Assembly (NCBI GenBank): GCA_017625695.1
Contig: JAGAKI010000008.1
Coordinates: forward strand, 16,331-80,330
Source of the DNA: Clostridia bacterium
GTDB taxonomy: Bacteria; Bacillota; Clostridia; UMGS1840
DNA length: 64,000 nucleotides
Direction of reading: 5' to 3'
The notes beneath the pieces were generated by a model, which was given only the letters and a program-made list of their open reading frames with translations, searched no databases and had not been told where the DNA came from. This document shows, piece after piece, positions 28,647 to 37,075 of the stretch (position 1 is its first letter; the number at the start of each line of letters is the position of its first letter). Made by a program: the position numbers and the translations under genes.

Positions 28647-29683
28647 GATACTGGAATTATAAAAATTTAGATTTAAACAAGATTGGCGATATGGCTCAGG
28701 TTGCCGGACTTCGCCGTTATGAATTCACCGAGGGAAAAGCAAAAGGAGTGGAAGCTGTTGAAATCCATACCGGCTCTGGATTGGAACTGACAGTTCTACC
28801 CGGTCGTGGAATGGATATCGCCTGGATTTCTTACCGTGGTATTCCTATCAGCTATCTGTCTAAAACCGGAGTGGTTTCTCCTGCTTATTATGAAAGCAAT
28901 GGAATGAACTGGTTACATAACTTCTTTGCCGGCGGTCTGACTACTTGCGGTCTGTTAAATGTAGGAGGTCCCGAAGAAGTGGAGCATCCTGTTATCGGCA
29001 AACGCTCCTATGGTCTTCATGGCAGAATTTCCAATGCGGCAGCAGAACAGGTTTCTTTGTTTGAAGACTATGTAGATGGCGAATATCAGATGAAGGTGTC
29101 CGGTGTGGTAAAAGAAGGCGTTCTTCATGGGGAATCCTTAACGCTTCGCCGTGAAATTGAAACTGCATTCGGCAAAAGTGAATTTACCATTCGTGATACC
29201 GTGACCAACCGTGGTGCAAAAGATCAGGATATCATGCTTTTATATCATATCAACTTAGGGTATCCCTTGTTGGATGAGGGTGCCAGAGTGGAATGCGATG
29301 CCAAAGAGATTATTGGTCAGAGTGAGGAAGCTATTGCAGAGCTTTCCGATGCATTAAAAATGACCAATCCCGTCCAGGATATTGCAGAACGTTGTTACGC
29401 TGTGGACCTAAATCCCGATCACGATGGAAACGTCAGTGTAAAACTGGTCAATGACAATTTAGGACTCGGTGTACAACTGTCTTATCAAAAAGAACAGCTT
29501 CCGTTCTTAAATGAATGGAAAATGTTAAATACCAAAGAGTATGTAGTGGGTCTGGAACCTTGCACTGCATTGCCGCAGGGGACTCAGAAAGCAAAAGAAA
29601 CCGGAAGCATCATTACTCTTGCACCCGGTGAAAGCCGTGTATTTGAAATCACTTATAAGATTTTAGATCAAGGGGAGGAATAA
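28643..29683 (+). CDS. aldose-1-epimerase-fold protein (DUF4432-like)
   Basis: ATGA overlap with the upstream gene. Segments such as LTVLPGRGMDIAW and YGLHGRISN match my memory of DUF4432/aldose-epimerase-superfamily proteins. Confidence 0.65.
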   Translation: MRYWNYKNLDLNKIGDMAQVAGLRRYEFTEGKAKGVEAVEIHTGSGLELTVLPGRGMDIAWISYRGIPISYLSKTGVVSPAYYESNGMNWLHNFFAGGLTTCGLLNVGGPEEVEHPVIGKRSYGLHGRISNAAAEQVSLFEDYVDGEYQMKVSGVVKEGVLHGESLTLRREIETAFGKSEFTIRDTVTNRGAKDQDIMLLYHINLGYPLLDEGARVECDAKEIIGQSEEAIAELSDALKMTNPVQDIAERCYAVDLNPDHDGNVSVKLVNDNLGLGVQLSYQKEQLPFLNEWKMLNTKEYVVGLEPCTALPQGTQKAKETGSIITLAPGESRVFEITYKILDQGEE

Positions 29684-29684
29684 G

Positions 29685-31466
29685 ATGCTCAAGATACTTT
29701 CCAGAAAATGCCGCAAAGAAATTTTGGAAATGATTATGGGGGCTGGCAGCGGTCATATTGGCGGGGCTATGTCTTCTATTGATATTTATTTAGCGGTATT
29801 AAACGAAATGCGTGATAATGACCGTCTGGTAGTCAGTCACGGTCACACTTCGGCGGCACTCTATGCTGCACTTGGTAACTTTGGTTACTTTGATGTTGAG
29901 GATGCTACCAAAAATTTCCGCAGAAATGCTCCTTATGAAGGACATCCGTCACTTGCCGTAAATGGTGTGGAATGGTGCAGCGGAAGCCTGGGACAAGGTC
30001 TTTCGGTTGGTGCCGGATTTGCACTTTCCAAAAAACTGCAGCAGGAAGCAGGCAGAGTTTTTGTGGTAATGGGCGACGGTGAACAGCAGAAAGGTCAGCT
30101 TCAGGAAGCAAGAGAATTTGCAGTAAAATATCATCTGACGAATTTAATTGCTATTGTGGATGACAACAATCAACAGGCTTGCGGAACCGTAGATGCAACC
30201 ACCGACCAAAAGCTTTCCGATAAATACCAAATGTCCGGTTGGGACGTGGTAACAGTTGACGGTCACAATTTTGATGAGCTGGCAAAAGCACTGCAAACTG
30301 ATATGAAAAAACCCCTTTGCATTTTAGCAAAAACGGTGATGGGAAAAGGGATTGCTGAAATTGAAAATGACTGGCATTTTCATGGTACTGTAATTTCCAA
30401 AGAACTTGCCGAAACTGCGATGGCAAGATTTGCCGTTACGGAAGAAGAACTGGCAAAACTGAAAGATATCCAAAAAACGACTCAGAAACAATACGATATT
30501 CCTGTCATTCCGGTAACTGCCGGCAGAACCTATCAGGGAACTTCCGATATCCGTTCTGCAATGGGAAATGCACTTTATGACATTGCAAAAGAAAATCCTT
30601 CTGTTCCAATAGCAGCTTTTGACTGTGACTTAGAGGGGTCTGTGAAACTGAGTGACTTCAAAAAACTCCGCCCTGATGCCTTCATTGAATGTGGGATTGC
30701 TGAACACAATGCAGCAACCGCAGCGGCGGCAGTTGCAAAATCAGGGATGGTTTCTGTTCATGCTGATTTTGCTATGTTTAACATTGCAGAAACATACAGT
30801 CAGAACCGAATGGCAGACATCAATAAAGCACCTTTGAAGCTGTTTTCCACCCACGCCGGGTTGGATGTAGGGGAAGACGGAAAAACTCATCAGGCGATTG
30901 ATTATATCAGCTTATTGGGAAATCTTCACGGCTTTCAGGTAATTGTTCCTGCAGATGCCAATCAGGCAGACGGTGCAGTGCGGTATGCGATGAGTGTTCC
31001 GTATCCTGTAGCAGTGATTGGCGGACGTTCCAAATTACCCATTTTAACCGATGCTGAGGGCAATCCTCTTACCTTTACCTATGGCAAAGGACAATGGCTC
31101 AGAACAGGAAAACAAGCTACTGTTATTACATACGGTAATATGGCACATAGAGCAGTACAAGCTTCCGATGAATTAAAACAGGAAGGCATCGAAGTGGGCA
31201 TCTTAAACTGTGCTACTCCTTGCGATTTGGATGCTGATGCGATCTTAGAAGCGGCAAAAACCGGTCTTGTGATCACGTATGAAGATCATAATGTAAAAAC
31301 CGGTATCAGCGGGGAAGTGGCAAGAATCCTCTGCGGAACTTCCTGCAACTTAAAAACTTTGGGCGTTCACAAATACGGCTCCTCCACCTCACCCGATAAC
31401 CTGTATCAAGAACAGGGCATTGATGTGGAAAGTCTCAAAAACATTGTAAAATTAAATTTGAAATAA
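29685..31466 (+). CDS. transketolase-family enzyme, with the N- and C-terminal halves of split-type transketolases fused (593 aa)
   Basis: The N-terminal half has a ThDP-binding region (GSGHIGGAMSSIDIY, the GDG motif VVMGDGEQQKGQ, and NLIAIVDDNN). The C-terminal half has a pyrimidine-binding region (FIECGIAEHNAATAAAAVA) and a C-terminal domain. Confidence 0.85.
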   Translation: MLKILSRKCRKEILEMIMGAGSGHIGGAMSSIDIYLAVLNEMRDNDRLVVSHGHTSAALYAALGNFGYFDVEDATKNFRRNAPYEGHPSLAVNGVEWCSGSLGQGLSVGAGFALSKKLQQEAGRVFVVMGDGEQQKGQLQEAREFAVKYHLTNLIAIVDDNNQQACGTVDATTDQKLSDKYQMSGWDVVTVDGHNFDELAKALQTDMKKPLCILAKTVMGKGIAEIENDWHFHGTVISKELAETAMARFAVTEEELAKLKDIQKTTQKQYDIPVIPVTAGRTYQGTSDIRSAMGNALYDIAKENPSVPIAAFDCDLEGSVKLSDFKKLRPDAFIECGIAEHNAATAAAAVAKSGMVSVHADFAMFNIAETYSQNRMADINKAPLKLFSTHAGLDVGEDGKTHQAIDYISLLGNLHGFQVIVPADANQADGAVRYAMSVPYPVAVIGGRSKLPILTDAEGNPLTFTYGKGQWLRTGKQATVITYGNMAHRAVQASDELKQEGIEVGILNCATPCDLDADAILEAAKTGLVITYEDHNVKTGISGEVARILCGTSCNLKTLGVHKYGSSTSPDNLYQEQGIDVESLKNIVKLNLK

Positions 31467-31481
31467 AAGGAGAGAAAAACA

Positions 31482-32903
31482 ATGCAAACTGTAAAAATCG
31501 GATTCGTACCGTCTACTTGGGAATCTTGGGACGGTAACCAGTACACCGGAAAATTAGCAGGCAAAATGCGTGCTCGTTGCCTGGATGTATTCAAAAACAT
31601 TCCCGGTCTTGAAATCGTAGTTCCTTCGGAAGAATTAACCGAAGACGGCTGCGTTGGCACTGTGGAAGAGGGATTAAAAACTGCAGAATTATTCTTAAAA
31701 GAAAATGTGCAGGGGATCATCATCGGTAATATGAACTTCGGTTTGGAAATTGCTGTAAGTGCTTTAATGTCCAAAATGAGAAGAGATATGCCTGTTCTTC
31801 ATTTTGCAACCAAGAGCGGTCCTTACTCCGAATTTGGTAACCGTGCGACCGATACCTGGTGCGGTCAGTTTATGACCTGTTCCGCATTAAAACGCCGCGG
31901 TTTCACTTTTGAACATATCATCACTTGCAATCCTGAAGATGCAATCTTCGCTGAAAAAGTGGAAAGCTTTACCAGAGCTTGTAATGCGATCCAGAACTTT
32001 GTTGGTGCAAGAATTCTGCAGGTTGGTGTAAGACCCACCAAATTTGAATCCCAGTTCTACAGCGAAGAAGATTTGATGAACAAATTTGCTCAGACTGTAT
32101 GCCCTGTTGACCTGGCAACCGCATATGAATATATGGATTCTTTGGCAATGGATGATCCGGAAGTGTTAAGAGTTGCTCAGGAAATCCGTGACGGTGCAGA
32201 TATTCTGTCCGACGAAATTCCCAATGCAATCATCAATCAGGCAAGATTTGAATTGACTCTGATTCATTTAGCAGAAGAAAACCAGTGTAAAGTCATTGCA
32301 TCCAGCTGTTGGGAAACCTTACAGCATAAATATAACATTGCTGCATGCTCCACTTTCTCCCGTCTGAACTCTCAGGGCTATTCCGTTGGTTGTGAAGTAG
32401 ACACTATGGGTGCAATCACCATGCATATCTTAAACGGCTGTGCATTAGGTCAGACTCCTGCTGACTTCATCGACTGGACTGACTTACATCCCACCGAACC
32501 CAACGTATGGTTGGCTTGGCACTGCGGTAACGCTGCTTGCGAACTGTGTGCCGCAAACAGCCAGAAACATCTGATGATGAATGAAAGACTGGGTCTGTGG
32601 AGTCCCACCTGTCACGGTTCTATGGAATTTCGTATGAAAGACGGTCCTGTTACCTGTGCTCGTATGGTAGAATACGGCGGCAAATTCTCTATCTTCTACG
32701 GAACCGGCGAAGCTGTGGATATCGGTCCTATGACCCGTGGTGCATATGCTTGGATTAAAGTAAATGACGTAGCAGATTGGGAACAGAAAATGATCGATGT
32801 TGGTGTAATTCATCACGGTGTATTGATTCACGATCCCAAAGTTGCTGATGCGTTGGCAATGTTCTGTAAATTCCTGGGTATTGAAGCGGTAAGAGGTGCG
32901 TAA
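31482..32903 (+). CDS. L-fucose/L-arabinose isomerase-family protein
   Basis: A 473-aa protein whose N-terminal IGFVPS... region and overall pattern resemble FucI/AraA-superfamily aldose-ketose isomerases. The assignment is from memory and the substrate is unknown. Confidence 0.7.
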   Translation: MQTVKIGFVPSTWESWDGNQYTGKLAGKMRARCLDVFKNIPGLEIVVPSEELTEDGCVGTVEEGLKTAELFLKENVQGIIIGNMNFGLEIAVSALMSKMRRDMPVLHFATKSGPYSEFGNRATDTWCGQFMTCSALKRRGFTFEHIITCNPEDAIFAEKVESFTRACNAIQNFVGARILQVGVRPTKFESQFYSEEDLMNKFAQTVCPVDLATAYEYMDSLAMDDPEVLRVAQEIRDGADILSDEIPNAIINQARFELTLIHLAEENQCKVIASSCWETLQHKYNIAACSTFSRLNSQGYSVGCEVDTMGAITMHILNGCALGQTPADFIDWTDLHPTEPNVWLAWHCGNAACELCAANSQKHLMMNERLGLWSPTCHGSMEFRMKDGPVTCARMVEYGGKFSIFYGTGEAVDIGPMTRGAYAWIKVNDVADWEQKMIDVGVIHHGVLIHDPKVADALAMFCKFLGIEAVRGA

Positions 32904-32905
32904 TA

Positions 32906-33934
32906 ATGAGAAAAATTGTTTTGGAAGCACCCTACAAAATGAGTCTGGTGGAATGTGACGTTCCGACTCCGGCTCCCGGCGAAGTGTGTCTGAAAGTAAA
33001 AAGAATCGGTATCTGCGGTTCTGACCCCACGATTTACAGAGGATTACATCCTTACGTTTCCTATCCGCTGGTTCCTGGTCACGAAATCTCCGGCGTAATT
33101 GAAAGCGTAGGCGAAGGGGTAGCAGAAAGCCGAATTGGCGAACGTGTTACCGTAATTCCTCATTTAGTATGTAAAGAATGTGATATGTGCGAAAAGAAGA
33201 TTTATAATTTTTGTGAATCTCTTCGTTGTACCGGTGCAGAAGCAGACGGTGCAATGTGTGACTATTTTTGCATTCCTTCCGAAATGGCTATCGCAATCCC
33301 CGATGAAATGAACATTGACGATGCTGCTTTGGTAGAACCTGCTTGCGTGGCGTACCACGGTGCAAAAAGAGCAAGTCTGACTTCTGACGATGTTGTGTTA
33401 ATCGTGGGAGCTGGGCCTATCGGCGTGTTCTGTCTGCAGAGCTGCTTTGCATTAGGTGCAAAAGAAGTTTATATCGCAGATATGGATGCAGAACGTTTGG
33501 AAATTGCAAAATCTCTTGGTGCAACCGGCGTGATTGACTGCTCCAAAGAAAGCCTGGACGAAGGTCTGGCTCGCTTAGGTGCAGAAAAAGTCACCGTTTA
33601 TTATGACTGTGTTGGCGAAAAAGGTATCGTAATGAACAATATCTTGAAAATCGCTCACAGAGGTTCCAGAATCGTTATTATTGGGGTTCTGCAGAACGAA
33701 TATATCGTTCCGTTGCTGCCCGACTTTGTTCAGCACGAACTTTCTTTATTCGGAACTACGATGTATGTTCCTACCGACTATATGGAAATGATTGACTTAA
33801 TGAGCAAAGGCAAAGTAACCACTAAAGGAATGATTTCTCATCGTTTCAAACTGGAAGACATTCCGGCAGTTTTGGATATGATTGACAAACGCAAAGAAAA
33901 AACCTTTAAAGTTGTCATCGACGTAAATGACTAA
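32906..33934 (+). CDS. Zn-dependent MDR alcohol/polyol dehydrogenase (sorbitol/threonine dehydrogenase-like)
   Basis: GICGSDPTIY and PLVPGHEISGVIESVG (catalytic Zn), a structural Zn Cys cluster (CKECDMCEKKIYNFC), and Rossmann IVGAGPIG. Confidence 0.85.
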   Translation: MRKIVLEAPYKMSLVECDVPTPAPGEVCLKVKRIGICGSDPTIYRGLHPYVSYPLVPGHEISGVIESVGEGVAESRIGERVTVIPHLVCKECDMCEKKIYNFCESLRCTGAEADGAMCDYFCIPSEMAIAIPDEMNIDDAALVEPACVAYHGAKRASLTSDDVVLIVGAGPIGVFCLQSCFALGAKEVYIADMDAERLEIAKSLGATGVIDCSKESLDEGLARLGAEKVTVYYDCVGEKGIVMNNILKIAHRGSRIVIIGVLQNEYIVPLLPDFVQHELSLFGTTMYVPTDYMEMIDLMSKGKVTTKGMISHRFKLEDIPAVLDMIDKRKEKTFKVVIDVND

Positions 33935-33953
33935 TTAATTTTGGTAACAAAAA

Positions 33954-33980
33954 AGAGGCAAATGTTTGCCTCTTTTTTGT
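33954..33980 (+). terminator. rho-independent terminator ending the five-gene operon
   Basis: Stem AGAGGCA/TGCCTCT around AATGTT, followed by TTTTTTGTTTT. Confidence 0.75.
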
Positions 33981-34040
33981 TTTATAATAGAAAAAACAAG
34001 CATACCATAGATTATAGACAAGAAAAAGGAGTTTGTGTGT

Positions 34041-34469
34041 ATGAATCAGATTTTTCACAGCTTTTTTCATAAGAATCAGAGAATAATTGCTATGATTGCG
34101 GAATTTTTTTCGGGTCTTTTTATGGCAATTGCCGCTTTTCACATCTTGCCTTTGTCTTATGAGATTGCAGGACTTTTGATTGCGGTATCAGGGAGTCTGT
34201 TTGGTGTGCTGTTATTTTGGGTTTGCCAACGGTTTATGAACGGCTCTTTTTGGATCGTTGTTTGCAGTGTTATTTTACTTTTTTACAGTTGTTTTCCGTT
34301 TCCGTTTGATTCGTACTTGGGAAACGGCATCTATCTTGGAATTTTGGCAGGCGTTTTGCTGTCGGTTCAGGTTCATATGCTTTCTGCGGAATCCAAAAAT
34401 ACAACGTCCCAAAAAAGCCTGGAAATTTGGTATATCGCAGGATTACTTGTGGGAATCCTTTTAAAATAA
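34041..34469 (+). CDS. small hypothetical membrane protein (~4 TM)
   Basis: ATG at 34041 lies 9 nt after AAGGAG. The product is hydrophobic, with no motif I recognise. Confidence 0.5.
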   Translation: MNQIFHSFFHKNQRIIAMIAEFFSGLFMAIAAFHILPLSYEIAGLLIAVSGSLFGVLLFWVCQRFMNGSFWIVVCSVILLFYSCFPFPFDSYLGNGIYLGILAGVLLSVQVHMLSAESKNTTSQKSLEIWYIAGLLVGILLK

Positions 34470-34479
34470 CAAGAATCAG

Positions 34480-34508
34480 TTGACGAATGAAAGAAATTGT
34501 GCTATACT
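34480..34508 (+). promoter_or_regulatory. promoter of fucU
   Basis: TTGACG (34480-34485), a 17-nt spacer, then TATACT (34503-34508). Confidence 0.5.
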
Positions 34509-34557
34509 GATTTTGTTCAAAAGTTTTACAGATTATCTGATAAAAGGAGTATGAAAA

Positions 34558-34980
34558 ATGTTAAAAGGAATTCCGAAAATTTTACCCCCTGAGCTGTTAA
34601 AAATCTTAATGGAAATGGGGCATGGTGACGAAATTGTAATCGGTGACGGAAACTTCCCCGGCGCCAGAATCGGTGATAAACTGGTTCGTATGGACGGACA
34701 CGATGTTCCCGAAATTTTGGAAGCAATTTTAAAGCTGTTCCCTTTAGACACCTATGCGGCACCTGTTTATCTGATGGAAAAGGTACCCGGTGATACTGTT
34801 GAAACTCCTATTTGGGACACCTATAAAGATATCGTGGCAAACTATACCGACGCTCCGATTGAATTTGTGGAACGTTATGCTTTTTACGAAAGAGCCGAAA
34901 AAGCGTATGCTGTTATCATGAGTGGTGAAAGTGCTCTCTACGCCAACATCATTCTGAAAAAAGGCGTTGTAACCGAATAA
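34558..34980 (+). CDS. fucU: RbsD/FucU-family mutarotase (L-fucose mutarotase-like)
   Basis: Close to E. coli FucU as I recall it along its length (MLKGIPKILPPELLKILMEMGHGDEIVIGDGNFP ... FYERAEKAYAVIMSGE...YANIILKKGVV). Confidence 0.8.
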   Translation: MLKGIPKILPPELLKILMEMGHGDEIVIGDGNFPGARIGDKLVRMDGHDVPEILEAILKLFPLDTYAAPVYLMEKVPGDTVETPIWDTYKDIVANYTDAPIEFVERYAFYERAEKAYAVIMSGESALYANIILKKGVVTE

Positions 34981-34988
34981 TCAGTGAA

Positions 34989-35018
34989 AATAGCGGAGAA
35001 GCGCTCTCTGCTATTTTT
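34989..35018 (+). terminator. rho-independent terminator after fucU
   Basis: An 11-bp stem with one G-U pair (AATAGCGGAGA/TCTCTGCTATT), a 5-nt loop and a T-run. Confidence 0.65.
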
Positions 35019-35062
35019 CCGTTTTTCCCAAAGCGATTGATACCAAAAAGAGGTGGATGTGA

Positions 35063-37036
35063 ATGAAAAAAGAAAAACTATGGTTGGCAAGTGTAGTTGC
35101 CGTTCTGATGACAGCCATTTTGCTGACCGGCTTTATCGGGCGTTTGAGTTATGAAACCCAAAGTCAGTATGCCTTTGTATCGGCAAATATGGCAAATCTT
35201 ACAGCAAACGGCAGAAATAACGAGGATTCGTTAACCAAACTGCGGGATGCAGGTGCCCGTGTAGTTACGGTGAAACCGCTTACGATCAAAGGATTAAAAG
35301 ATGCAGAAAGACTGGAACTGATATCCTATTCTTCCTTATCCATTAATGAGGATGTGATTTCTCAGGAAATCCGCACCGTTTTGGGGACTTATCCGATGAA
35401 AAAAGACAATCTGATAGCAGTATGTACCGATCCGGTGTTGGGTGAATTTTTAAACGGAGAGCTTTCATACCGTTATACCGACTACCAGACCCATCTTCTG
35501 GCAGACGGACAAACCCGCATTTTTGCATTTCAGAATCTGACAGCAGAAAATGACCTGATTGCCGGGTATGATTATGGAGAATTGTCCTTAATTCAGAGCT
35601 TAGGAATGAAAGCGGCAATTGAATATCCATCCTATACCTTTGAAAATCCCGTATACACAAAGTATTTTAAACAATTGCTCAACTTTAACGGCGTTTCCTT
35701 TGTGATTTTACGGGACAACCCCTATGATAACAAACAGCCTCTTTCCGAAGAAATGAAGAATTTGCTTCGTTCTTCAGATTTTACATTGGTATTATGGGAA
35801 CAGGAAAATCAACTTGAAAACGAAAGACCGTTTTTGTACGATGAACTTCTGCAACTGAAAAAGAATCATACCATTCGCGGCTTCAATATAGATACTGTGT
35901 CTTTGGAGGATACCTCTCATTACCGCTATCGCTATTATCAGTGGCACAATTCCTTGTTAAACCGCAATATTTCCTTTCTTAATGTAAATTTGTTGGAAAA
36001 TCCGGGGCTGGACGGGGAAACCAATTTTTATCTGACAGTAAATGCCGTGCGTGATTTTGTAAACAATCATACAAACTATCAGTTTCCAAACCAAAGAGAA
36101 GAAATCCGGTATCAATATCCTACCAATACTGTGACTATGGCGGGCGGGGTATTGGCACTGAGCCTTTTGTACTTATATCTGTTGCTGGTGTTAAAACAGC
36201 CTCCCAAATTCTATACAGAAATCTATTTTGGATTGGTGATTTTATCTGTTGTGTTCTCCTATGCGTTTTCTGTGTATCTTGCAGCGGCTTATGCAATTTT
36301 GATAACCGTTTTTGCGGTTTCACTTTTGATGGCAGTATTGTTTTATCTGGACCGTCACCAAAGCGGATATAAAAAGATTCTCTGGATGGTTTTAGCATTT
36401 TTTGGCATAAGTATTTGTTCTTTGATCGGCATTTCCGCTTTATTGGGCGGGATAGAGTTTTATACTTCCACCCGATTCATTCGTGGCGTTTGGATTAGCT
36501 TAGTTCTTCCTCTTCTGACAACGGTTTGGAGTGTTTATGCGATTTATTATCAGGACAGTGTACCTATCAAAGAACTGCCAAAAACCTTCTGGAACTGGTT
36601 AAAATCTTTGAAGCTTTGGGTTTCTGTTCCTGTGGCAGTTGTGGGAGCCTTGGCACTGACTTATTACATCATTCGCAGCGGAAATTCCGAGTGGCTTTTG
36701 CCGTTTGAAGATACTGTTAGAAAATGGCTGACCGATGTGTTCTATGTTCGTCCCCGTTTTAAAGAGTTTTTGATTGGCTATCCTGCATTTTCGTTGTTTG
36801 TGTATCTGTCTGTTACCACAGACAAAAAACAATGGAACATTTTGTTCGGACTGTTGACAACCGTGCTTTTTACTTCCATTTTCAATACCTTCTGTCATGC
36901 ATTCACGCCGGTTGTAGTAAGCTTATGGCGTGTGGCAAACGGACTGATTTGCGGTCTGTTGGTATCCTTGGTTGTGATTGGTATTATTTTGCTTGTTCGC
37001 CACGTGATTTTGCCTAATTGTAAGAAAAAATCATGA
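35063..37036 (+). CDS. large polytopic membrane protein: N-terminal TM anchor, ~330-aa extracytoplasmic domain, then a ~10-TM C-terminal bundle (657 aa)
   Basis: A GAGGTGGA RBS is present, and topology is read from hydrophobic stretches. I weakly recall a Firmicutes family (DUF5693) with this layout, but could not verify that. Confidence 0.75.
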   Translation: MKKEKLWLASVVAVLMTAILLTGFIGRLSYETQSQYAFVSANMANLTANGRNNEDSLTKLRDAGARVVTVKPLTIKGLKDAERLELISYSSLSINEDVISQEIRTVLGTYPMKKDNLIAVCTDPVLGEFLNGELSYRYTDYQTHLLADGQTRIFAFQNLTAENDLIAGYDYGELSLIQSLGMKAAIEYPSYTFENPVYTKYFKQLLNFNGVSFVILRDNPYDNKQPLSEEMKNLLRSSDFTLVLWEQENQLENERPFLYDELLQLKKNHTIRGFNIDTVSLEDTSHYRYRYYQWHNSLLNRNISFLNVNLLENPGLDGETNFYLTVNAVRDFVNNHTNYQFPNQREEIRYQYPTNTVTMAGGVLALSLLYLYLLLVLKQPPKFYTEIYFGLVILSVVFSYAFSVYLAAAYAILITVFAVSLLMAVLFYLDRHQSGYKKILWMVLAFFGISICSLIGISALLGGIEFYTSTRFIRGVWISLVLPLLTTVWSVYAIYYQDSVPIKELPKTFWNWLKSLKLWVSVPVAVVGALALTYYIIRSGNSEWLLPFEDTVRKWLTDVFYVRPRFKEFLIGYPAFSLFVYLSVTTDKKQWNILFGLLTTVLFTSIFNTFCHAFTPVVVSLWRVANGLICGLLVSLVVIGIILLVRHVILPNCKKKS

Positions 37037-37075
37037 TTTGAAAACTGAAAATTTACGGGAAAGGAGACCTGAGTC

